Source: Octopus sinensis
Lineage: Eukaryota
NCBI RefSeq assembly: GCF_006345805.1
Contig: NW_021831404.1
Span: 62,001-126,000 of the forward strand
Reading direction: 5' to 3'
DNA: 64,000 nt
Part shown: positions 14,301 through 26,400 of the stretch, piece after piece
Layout of the letters: each line of letters opens with the position of its first letter
Position numbering within the stretch: the first letter of the stretch is position 1
Notes under the pieces: model-generated
Told to the model about the DNA's origin: nothing
Databases searched by the model: none
What the model saw: only the letters and a program-made list of their open reading frames with translations
Position numbers and translations under genes: made by a program

Positions 14301-15787
14301 AAGGAATGTTTTTGTGAACTATCATATGTCTTTTAAGTCCAGATATTGTCTTACAAGTGTTTTTGATATATAACACAAGTCCTAAGAGGCGGTTGGTGTC
14401 CAAGATCATTACCTGTCTGGGCACTTCGATTTTCATGTGACTTCATATGATTCACGTATCCTGCTTTTGACAACAGAACATGGTCACATATAATACCTAT
14501 CCAGTGTTTGTTGTTGATTGCAGTTCCAATTGTTCCTTTGCAACAGGCCCTTTTAAGTTCAGAGTGCTGAATCATCTTTTCCCCCCAGGCATTACAACCA
14601 GTCCTAACAGGACCTCTCCACTTGTTCTGATCTAGAACATCATTTTTCCAATCACTTTTGATATGATATTTCGGAATAATATTCCTTCTTCAGATATTCT
14701 TAGATGGAGTCGCTGCTATAATCGGTTATAGCAGCAACTCCATCTAAGAATATCTGAAGAAAGAATTTTATTCCGAAATATCATCAGACTATGGATAACT
14801 GAATTACAACAGGTATATAGCCTATTGTTTATATTATAGTGCATTGTTGTACCATTCAAAACTTTTTATTCTTTACAAACAATACACAGTGCTTCAAGCG
14901 AACTACAATACTCTCCCATATCTAGTTTCTTCAGATTTTCCATCATATAGACACGCCCATACAGTTAGTTACACTCATAGACAGTTATATATATTCATAT
15001 ATAACTGCATATGCGATTGCAGATAACTGGGACTTTGAGTGTAAGCAACTACACACATATATATTTAACTGTGTTTGGATGTTTATAACAAACATCCAAA
15101 CACAGTTAAATATATATGTGTGTAGTTGCTTACACTCAAAGTCCCAGTTACCTGCAATCGCATATGCAGTTATATACATCCCTACACACAGTTATATAAA
15201 TTTATGCGGGATTATTTACACACATGGACACTGTTATATGCACCTATTGTTATATACACACATACACATAGTGGTATACATCAATACTGACAATATCATT
15301 TTCAACATCACCTCCAACCCCCATCACAATATAGGATCAGTGTTTGATTTGAAATGGAGGGCAAGTTTAGAGAGAATTTTACCAGGAATGTGGTTCTCCA
15401 AGATCCAGTCTTTGGAATCACTTAAAGAATCATATTCCTAGCAGCATTAATTTATAGAGTTGAGGGAAGACTTGATTCTTGCATGGAAAATAGAAAGACC
15501 AGATGACAACAACCATAACGATGATAGTGGAGGCGCATGGCTTAGTGGTTAGGGTGTTAGAATCATGATTGTAAGATTGTGGTTTTGATTCCTGGACCGG
15601 GCGACGTGTTGTGTTCTTGAGCAAAACACTTCATTTCATATTGCTCCAGTCCACTCAGCTGGCAAAAATGAGTAACGCTGCGATGGACTGGCTTCCCGTC
15701 CAGCTGGGGAACACATATGCCATTGAAACGGGGAAACTGGGCCCATGAGCCTGGCTAGGCTTTAAAAAGGGCGCATTTATTTTTTTT

Positions 15788-15863
<76 letters not shown>

Positions 15864-18660
15864 ATGTATGTATGTATATATATATTAGTGGAGGTGCGTG
15901 GTTTAGTGGTTAGGGAGTCAGCATCATGATTGTAAGATTGTGGTTTCGATTCCTGGACCGGGTGACACGTTGTGTTCTTGAGCAAAACACTTCATTTCAC
16001 GTTGCTCCAGTCCGCTCAGCTGGCAAAAATGAGTAACGCTGCGATGGACTGGCGTCCCTTCCAGCCTGGGAACACATACACCATGGAAACCGGGAAACCG
16101 GACCCATGAGCCTGGCTAGGCTTTAAAAAAGGTGCATTTATTATTTATATAATGGTGATGATGATGGTGCTGGTCATGATAATGGTGGTGATGATGATGA
16201 TGAGGAAGACAATGACAATGACAACAGCGATCAACATCAACAATGATGAAGTGTGACGGCAGTGGTGGTTGTGATGGATGATCATGGTTGATGATTATGA
16301 TGATTGCTTTGACCACGACGGCAGTAAGTTTACTCACTTTTCTATTGACCATTTATCATTTTCAATAAATTCCATGACTAACTTGAATGATTCATCAGAA
16401 CTGGACATATTCTGTAAGAAACAAAAAAAAAAAAATGAAAAATGTGTGTTTATAAATAATACATGGACGCATAAACAAACAGAAATGGAGTAATCCCTTA
16501 CCATATCGCAGTTCACCTATCGCGGTTTACTATTTAAGTTTAGATCGATTCCTCTGTGGTGTTGTTTTGCATTTATGACAAAATAAATATATACAAATTA
16601 TTAAAAAATAATTAAAAAAACATATACAGTATAGTACTGTTTCTATTTCACGGATTTGCACTCATTGCAAGAGGTTTTGGAACGTAACACCCGCAAAAGT
16701 TGAGGGATTAATGTATACATACACAGAGGCAAATAGCTAGATGAACAAATAAATGGATAGATATTGGGTTGTCCGGAAAGTTTGTGCTGATTTTTAAAGG
16801 AAAGAAAAAGGTCAATAAATACTTGCCATTACATTCTTAATCAACCAAATATGAACCATTTTGTTGCACAATGCGTCTTCATCTTTCCTTTAACTTGAAA
16901 ATACCCTCTTCCCAGAATTGAGGTGGTTTCATGGCAAAGAATTCATCAAGGTATCTTTGTATGTTATCCAAGGAATTGAAATTTTTACTATTAAGACTAT
17001 TCTGCAGAGACCTGAATAAGTGGAAATCCGAAGGAGCAATATCTGGTGAATATGGAGGGTGGGGTAACACATCCCAGCCAGCTGCAGCAATTTTTGTCTG
17101 GTTCCCAAAGCATCAAGTGCCAAAAATGAACTCCTTTATCTTCCATTTTAAAGGGTTACAGAATGAACACAGGTTATAGGAACATAAATCTTCTTCCACG
17201 AAAAGATAGCTTAAACTGTGCTCTAAATGGAGGTGTAGTAAAATCCTATTTTATGGACTCAACCATGTTCTAAAATAAGTCAAAAGGTAAGCTACTATAA
17301 ATTGGCACAAACTTTCCAGACAACCCAATACAAAAATAAACAAATGTATACAAATTTTTGTACCTACAAAAATAAAGGCAATTGCCTTCAAATGTTTCAC
17401 AGTTCATTGATCTCTCATCAGAAGACAAAAGCTCTCACAAAATTCTAGTTTGAGTTTCATTTGAATAGCTGTTTGTGAGCAAAAGAAGAATCAAGAAGAA
17501 CTTGTCCTTTGTTGAGTGGTCAAAGAACCGTAAAATATTTCTGTGTTTGTGAGTACCTTTCGACATCACACGATGGGTGTGAATTTGATTCATCACCATT
17601 CATACAAGTGATGTAGTTCATTTCCAGAGGAACAGAAATAAGTGTCTTGCAGTAGGAGAGATACATGGCTACCTCAGTTAGAGAGAGAGAGACAGACAGA
17701 CAGACAGAAAGAGAGAGAGGAAGGAGACAAGATGGTGAAGATGTCACAAGGAATGCATTCAGGTTACAGGACAGTGCATTTAGTGAAGTGGACCAGGGAT
17801 TGGACAGAGTGGGTGGGTGGGTAAGTTTCAGGAGATTACGAAAGAAGAGTGAGAAATGGAGGAGGAGGGGGGATGTAGTGCGTGGGCACAGGTAAGGGAG
17901 CAGAGGTTGGGATATGTTGTGGAGAAGAGATGAAACAAAATCGAAATACTTACCCCCTTCAGTTGATACTTATTGAGGCCAGTGAACTTCAATAAAAACA
18001 GGGCTTTTTCTTGGCAGGCTTGAACTGTAGAGAAAAAAAAAACCCAACAAAGGTAGATAAGGCTGTGATATATATATATATATATATACAGGTGCTATCA
18101 AAAAGCTCCCAGACTAGATATGTTTAATAAGAAATGACTTATATACCTAAATTTTCACATCATCTCCTTCGAAATAGTCACCTTGCGCCAGCAATACACA
18201 ATGCATATTTAAATGTATAACAAAGAAAACAATATATTTACCTGGGTTTTGAACACCTGCTGAAGACCATGGGGCTTTGTCAGCTTCGACAGCTATCTTC
18301 TGTCTTTCACTCATCTTTTAATAAAGCAAAAATAATACTCGTGAATACAAGGAATACAGGTAAACACATAGAAGGAAGGAAGGAAGGAATAAACAAATAA
18401 ATGAACAAACAAATGTATGTACATACATATATATACTATATGTATACATCAACAACATCATCACCATCATCATCAATGTCTACTTTTCCATGCCTGCATG
18501 ACTGAATGAAGGTGACACTTGTTTACAAAAATACCACACTGTCAAGACAAGGGGTCGCATGCAAACACATGATGGATTTCTTTCAGTTTCTATCTACGAA
18601 ACCTATTCACAAGGCTTTAGTCAGCCTTGGGCTGTAACAGAAGACATCCAAGGTGGCATG

Positions 18661-18716
<56 letters not shown>

Positions 18717-21367
18717 TATGTGTATTTGTGTCTCCTTGTCTTGATATCTTTTTCTATTCTAAGCACAAGGCCAGGAATTTTGGGGGAGGTGGGGGCCAGT
18801 CGGTTAGATCAACACCCAGTATGCAACTGGTACTTAATTTATCAACCCTGAAATGATGAAAGGCAAAGTTTACCTCAGTGGAATTTGAACTCAGAATGTA
18901 AAGACAGACGAAATGCCACTAAGCATTTCACAAGGCATGCTAACGTTTCTGCCAGCTCGCCACTTTGTCTTGATATCACACAATAGTTGTAAAGAAATGT
19001 CATTTTCATACATACAAGTTGTATCGTTCATTTTCAATCTCCAAGGCATAAAAAGCACCTGGCTGTAGAAAGCCTATCTCACCTAACTCCAGCTGACCCA
19101 TGCAAGCCATAGGCTTCAGGACATGGGGAGGGGACAAAGGATGCAGTTGCTTTCCGGTGAGGAGGGATTTTAAATTAAAACTCTTTGAACATCTTGCGTT
19201 GGACCTGGGTTTGCCTTTCCCCGCACACCAAATTTCATTCCCGCACTGATGATGCAAGCATGGAAAAGTTGAAATTAAAATGATGATAATAGTGATGATA
19301 CAAACACACCATGTATTCTTGTGTAGCAATCACATTCATATATAAGCCACAACTCAACAACAACAATCACTCTGCAGAGTGGAGATCAGTGCTTTTTAAG
19401 CACAGGCGGAGTTAGTTATGACAAGATTTTTACCGCTGGATGCCCTTCCAAATGCCAACCATGTTACAGTGTGGACTGGATGTTTTTAATGTGGCACCAG
19501 CACTGACAGGGTAACCAAGCAACTTGCAAGACAAGGAATTACGAGAGAGGTAAGGGCATTTGAAGAGGGGGACTTGTGTTAGAGGATTAAAGGTTAGAAT
19601 GTGACAAAGAGACAGAAGCAGATGTCTTGCCACAACAGAGGGGGAATTAGAGGAGGTGATCCAGTATTAGATGATGAAAAGTTAGAGTGTGACAGAGAAA
19701 TAGAGAGGTAGAAATAGGTGTCTTGCTATAGAGGAGTTACATGGTTACCCAGTGAGAGAGAAAGAGAAAAGAGAGAGAGTGTGAGGTACAAGAAAGAGGC
19801 CAGAAACAAGTGTGCTGATGTAAAGGAGATACTTGGTTACCTAATCAGAGGAAAAAAAAAGAGAAGGTGAGAGAACATGACCAAGGGAAAGAGAGTGATA
19901 GTAGGAAATAGCAAACGTGTAAGAGAGAGCAGAAGCGAGATGATGTAGTGCTAGGGTATACTCACAAGTAACAAGGATGTGAGCATAGAACCTAGGTAGA
20001 AAAATAGGGTGTGGTCATTGGGGGAGCAGTGATACAGTGAGCAGGACAGTGAGGGCAAGAAAGGGGATTGGAAAACAATCATAGTTTATGAAGAGGAAAT
20101 GTGAGGAAGTAAAAGATGCAGTTTAGAAGGGGAGTTGTAGTTCGGTTTCTTAGGGTAGAGTGGGTGAAAAGTGTGTTGTTACATGTGTTAGGGACACAAC
20201 TCATCTAGCACTCAGTTTCATGGATGGGTCTTCTCCAGAACCTCATATAACCAAACATCTAGGTCCATTGTCATTTAGAAAACATTGTTAATTTTGACAA
20301 ATGATCCATAGCTGTGATCTGAAATAACTTTATAAATTTTAGTTGGAAAAAGTTACTTCAACTTTAAAAGAAAATTTAATTAAATTAAGGAGAAAATTAA
20401 AGTTTGAAAATAACTCTTTATAAAATCTAAATATATTTAAAGCATTTTTATTCAATTTCATGCTAAATAATATCTAAAGTAAAGAAAAGTATTCCATTGA
20501 TGAAAATTTTTTAAAAAATGAAGAAAGAAAAGAAACATTCTTTTCTGATTCAAAGCTTATAGGAAGAACTTTAATTAAATGAGCCCCAACATCCTAAGAT
20601 CGGTCCTAGCCACTTCATCCCATGTCTTCCTGGGTCTCCCTCTTCCACAGGTACCATCCACTTTCAGTGACAAGCACTTCTGTATACAGCTGTCTTCAAT
20701 CATACGCATCACATGTCCAAACCAACACATTCTCCTCTCCTGCATGTATTAAATCATTTTAAAATATCACTATTTGCTTTGACTTCATCATTACAACTGA
20801 TATGTATTTGTAAATATTGGATTCAAATTTTGGGACAAGACTAGCAAAATTTCAAGTGATGGGGCAAGTTGATTACATCAACCCCAAAGTTTAAATGGTA
20901 CTCATTTTTGTTGTATTTCGGGATGGTCATTTTTTAAAAAATTGTTTTTATTGCCAAATAAACACTATATATTATTTTTCTTCATGCATTTATTACTGAA
21001 GAACAGAATGGAGTAAGTGGAGCAAGAACACACACAAAAACGAAGTGTCACTGCAGAGGTCACAGATGTGTAATGAAAGATTTCCAGACAATGGACATGA
21101 GTTAAAATAATAAAATAAGAACATTAATAAATGAATGAAGAAAAACTATATATATATGCAAAAAAAATTTTTTTTTTCAATGACCGGGCACAGGAGTGGC
21201 TGTGTGGTAAGTAGTTTGCTTACCAGCCACATTGTTCCAGGTTCATTCCCACTGCGTGGCACCCTGAGCAAGTGTCTTCTACTATAGCCTCGGGCCGACC
21301 AAGGCCTTGTGAGTGGATTTGGTAGACGGAAACTGAAAGAAGCCCATCATATATATGTGTATATATT

Positions 21368-21399
<32 letters not shown>

Positions 21400-23350
21400 A
21401 GTGTGTGTGTATGTTTGTGTGTCTGTGTTTGTCCTCCAACATCACTTAACAACCGATGCTGGTATGTTTACGTCACCGTAACTTAGCGGTTCAGCAAAAG
21501 AGATTGATAGAATAAGTACTAGGCTTCCAAAGAATAAGTCCTGAGGTCAATTTGCTCAACTAAAGGCGGTGCTCCAGCATGGCCGCAGTCAAATGAGTGA
21601 AACAAGTAAAAGAGTAAAGAGTATCCCAAAATATAACAATATCTTTTTCAATACACGATTTCACATCAGGAATCTTGCAAAACAAATTGATAATGGTACT
21701 TATTTTATCGACCCTGAAAGGGGTGAAAGGCAAAGTCGACCTCAATGGAAATTGAACACAGAACATAAAAACAGATGAAATACCACTAAGCATTTGCCCA
21801 GCATGCAAGCAATTCTGCTAGCTTTACTGCCTTATGAATATATTTTACAAATTTTGCTACAAGGCCAGCCATTTCAAGAGAGGTGCCAAGCTGTATAGGC
21901 CTTTGCCTTTCCCTTGGACAACATCAGTGGCATGGAGAGGGGAGGCTGGTATGCATCAGTGACTGCTGGTCTTTCCATAAACAACCTTGCTCAGATTTGT
22001 GCTTCAATAACATCGAATTCAACGTTTAACTGGCATTTATTTCATGGACCCCAAAAGAGATGAAGGGCAAAGTCAACCTCACCAGGATTTGAAATCAGAA
22101 TGTAAAGACAGACGAAGCACTGCTAAGTGCTTTGCTCAGCATGCTAACGATTCTGCTAGGTTTCCGCCTTACTCTTTTACTCTTTTACTTGTTTCAGTCA
22201 TTTGACTGCGGCCATGCTGGAGCACCACCTTTAATCGAGCAAATCGACCCCGGGACTTATTCTTTTGTAAGCCCAGTACTTATTCTATCGGTCTCTTTTG
22301 CCGAACCGCTACGTAACGGGGACATAAACACACCAGCATCGGTTGTCAAGCAATGCTAGGGGGACAAACACAGACACACAAACACACACACACACATATA
22401 TATATACATATATACGACAGGCTTCTTTCAGTTTCCGTCTACCAAATCCACTCACAAGGCTTTGGTCGGCCCGAGGCTATAGAAGAAGGCACTTGCCCAA
22501 GGTGCCACGTAGTGGGACTGAACCCGGGACCATGTGGTTGGTAAACAAGCTACTTACCACACAGCCACTCCTGCGCCTATGTATATAATACTACTAATAA
22601 TACTGGATGTACTTACCAATTTCTTCCGTTTAGATTCTGCCAGATTGTAAGCAGCGTAGATTTTATCTGAGATCTCAATAACGCCCTCCTTCTCACCTGA
22701 AACAGAAATTCCAAAGAAAGTGATATACATGTTGTCTTCTCTTTTACTGTTATTTAGCAAAGGGTCATTTCTGACGATCAAGCAGACATATCCTAGTAGA
22801 CATTCCATTTGTGACAAATCCATCTGTTTTTAAACATAGAGTATCTATAGATATAATTATCAAACAAGTCTTTTTTTAATTTTTTTTATTTTAACCCTTT
22901 TGTTATCAACACAGCTGAAACTGGCTCTGGTTCTGTGTATAAATGTCTTGTTTTCATAAGTTTTGAATTAAAATCTTTCACCAAACTTTAGTCACAATTT
23001 ATGTTCCTAACACTAGCTTAATGATAATTATGCTATTTCACTAAGTTCTTTGTTTCAGTCATTTGACTGTGGCCATGCTGGAGCACCACTTTTAGTCAAG
23101 CAAATCAACCCCAGGACTTATTATTTGTAAGCTTAGTACTTATTCTATTGGTCTCTTTTGCCGAACTGCTAGGTTACGGGGACGTAAACACACCAGCATC
23201 AGTTGTCACACTTTGTTTTAAATATGAAATGATATAGTGGGTAACGTAATCCTAAAATACAAGGTTGTCACAGCTGGAAAGTCTGTAATCATAGGTCCAC
23301 TTGATTAAGGTTAACCTAGGGCTAAACAATAATACAAACACAGACACACA

Positions 23351-23413
<63 letters not shown>

Positions 23414-26400
23414 CATATTACATATACACGACGGGCTTCTTTCAGTTTCCGTCTACCAAATCCACTCACAAGGATTTGGTCGGCCCAATGCTATAGTAGA
23501 AGACACTTGCCCAAGGTGCTAAGCAGTGGGACTGAACCCGGAACCATATGGTTTGTAAGCAAACTACTTACCACGCAGCCACTCCTACACCTTATATTTA
23601 AAGTAATTGAAAGAAACAGAGCATCTCAAAATAAATACAGTAACGACAGGGTTAAGTTATGGCTGTGTGAATCAGTGCAGCCATGGTTGTGTGGTTAAGA
23701 AGCTTGCTTCCCAAACACATGATTGTGGGTTCAGTTCTATTGCATGGCACACCTTGAGGCAAGTGTTGTCTGCTACAGCCTCAGCTTTGTAAATGAGTTT
23801 GGTAGAAAAATAAAAAGCATGTCACGTGTGTGTGTGTGTGTGTGTGTTGTGTGTGTGTGTGTGTTCCCTCATCTTGACATCAAATGATGATTGTAATCAA
23901 GTATCACTGTTGTACAAGCAGTGTTGTTCATTTGCAGACATTTGGGCAAAACATGTCCAGCCATGGAAAAATACTACCTTGTTTGAAAACTGGTAAGGCT
24001 TAGTGACAGGAAGAATATCTGACCATAGATGTAGGAGTGGCTGTGTGGTAAGTAGCTTGTTTACCAACCACATGGTTCTGGGTTCAGTCCCACTGCGTGG
24101 CACCTTGGGCAAGTGTCTTCTACTATAGCCTTGAGTCGACCAAAGCCTTGTGAGTGGATTTGGTAGACGGAACCTGAAAGAAGCCCGTCCTATATATGTA
24201 TATATATGTGTGTGTGTATATGTTTGTGTGCCTGTGTTTGTCCCCCCAACATCGCTCAACAACCGATGTTGCTGTGTTTACGTCCCTGTAACTTATGAGG
24301 TTCAGCAAAAACAGGTCGATAGAATAAGTACTAGGCTTACAAAGAATAAGTCCTGGGGTCGATTTGGTCGACTAAATGCAGTGCTCCAGCATGGCCACAG
24401 TCAAATGACTGAAACAAGTAATGAGTATAGACAAAAATCTGCTTCAAAGAATTCCATCTAACCCATGCAAGCATGGAAAAATGTATGTAATGATGATGAT
24501 GATGATGGTAAGAGATAATACAAGGAAATCTGGCAGCTCTTTCTAGCGAACCTGTACAAGCTTGCTCTTTCACCCGTCAACTAATTACAGCAGCCAACCA
24601 TGTGACCAAGTTAACATAGTATCGCAGACTATTAGCCAAAGGTCTACTAAGCTCTACTACTGGCTCAATCCAGCTAGCTATTAAAAGGTACTTTGGTTGT
24701 GTGTCAGGGAAGGAAGGAAGGGGTGTAGAGTTCACTAATGAAAGCAGTAGGAACAGCATGTAACTGACGAGTGTTTTTTAGTTTGCACTGCTGGGTTCAA
24801 ATCCTATTGGTTTGGGCAGAAATGAACTCCACATTCAACTTGCTAGAAATAACAGCCAAACAACCCTTACAATCACACTTTGTTTTAAATATGAAATGAT
24901 ATAGTGGATAATGTAATCCTAAAATACAAGGTTGTCACAGCTGGAAAGTCTGTAATCATAGGTCCACTTGATTAAGGTTGACCTGGGGCTAAACAATAAC
25001 ATGATTAATAATCTACTTAACAAAGAACTAACAGTGAGGGCCCTCTAAGTGATGGTCCCAATCTAGCAATAGCAGAGTAACCAAATCTCTCAAAGTACAT
25101 TCTACTATCCTCAGAAAGGAAAGACATTAATATATTACTAGATACATTAATTCAGAGTTTAATAAAAATAAAACATGGTGGCCTGGTTGGAATGTCATTG
25201 GACATCACCTGATCATGACCTAAATATCTATCTTCATGTCTCACGCCTACAGGTGTTGGCAATCATGGACCACCATGCTATAATCTGATGATACATGACT
25301 TTTTGTGGGGAAAAACACAGAAATGGTTCCCCATTGCCTGCTGCCAATTTATTTACAGTTTACTCTGCTAGTTTCCTGTACTCCCCTGCTTCCCATTCAG
25401 ATACAGAGCCCTATGCAACCCTTAAGTAAGGGAATTGATTTATGGAACAGCAAAGCTTGTCTACATATTGGTGGGGCTTGTGTGACACATACCTAGAAGC
25501 CAAGCTTCCTTCAAGCTCTGACTGCCTTAACCATAGAATCATTTTTTGTTATTTAGTTCATAACTAAGACCCTAGACAGGTACTATTGCTCCAAGCCAGA
25601 GCAGACCTAGAAGTAACTCTAAGAGTGGGTGCTGAAAATTCCATGGCTTTAGGCAAAGGAAAATACAGAAGGATCAGTTAATTAGTTAATTATGATTTTA
25701 TTCAACATATTCCCCTCACAGATCCACACACCTATTGCAGCACCAGTCCTTCAGTTTGTCTAAGTCCTGTAAAAGAACTCAGAAGGTTGGGCCTCCAATC
25801 AGGCTTTTCGTGATACCCTAAAAGCCAGGAAAAACACCTGAACTCCCAAGCTGGAGCTTCTGCACTAGCTGCAATGTAGTCGTGCCTTGTTTTGGGACAT
25901 GACATAAAAAACAACAAAGGACATGATGGATAATATAGCCCTAGGCCCTAAGTACACTATGCCTGCAAAAACATGAGATAGTTATAGCTGGAATGCTTTT
26001 GATCATGGATCTGCTATACTCGGACCGTCTTAGGACTAAACAATAACAGTAATCATTATTGTATTCATTTACAGTCAATGAGAAACAGATATTTGGAATG
26101 ACACTTACTGAAATTCTCCAGTTCTTCCCTCAAGTCCTGATGGTGCCAGAGCAATGCAGAAAAGACAGCAGTAATAGTTTGGTCAAACTCACTGCCTCCA
26201 ATCTGTTGGGGTTTGCAATGTTCTCGACAGCTGTTTAGGAGAGAAATGAAATAAGATTACCAATGTTAGAAATTATAAGCATCAATTTGAGTCCAAGGGA
26301 AAAATAAAAAATTGGACTCACTGATAAGATTTGAACCATGAATTTATTATTTACTGGTTGATCATGTTCATCATCATCATCATCATCAACCTTGGACATT

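Noticed and set aside
17520-17747. 75-aa minus-strand ORF as the missing linker exon
   Set aside because: It starts in a GA microsatellite, has weak donors and no similarity, and the chain closes without it.
22697-22823. 5' extension of exon 25 suggested by ORF 22554..22823
   Set aside because: It is phase-incompatible with exon 24; the strong internal acceptor at 22697-22698 gives the correct phase.
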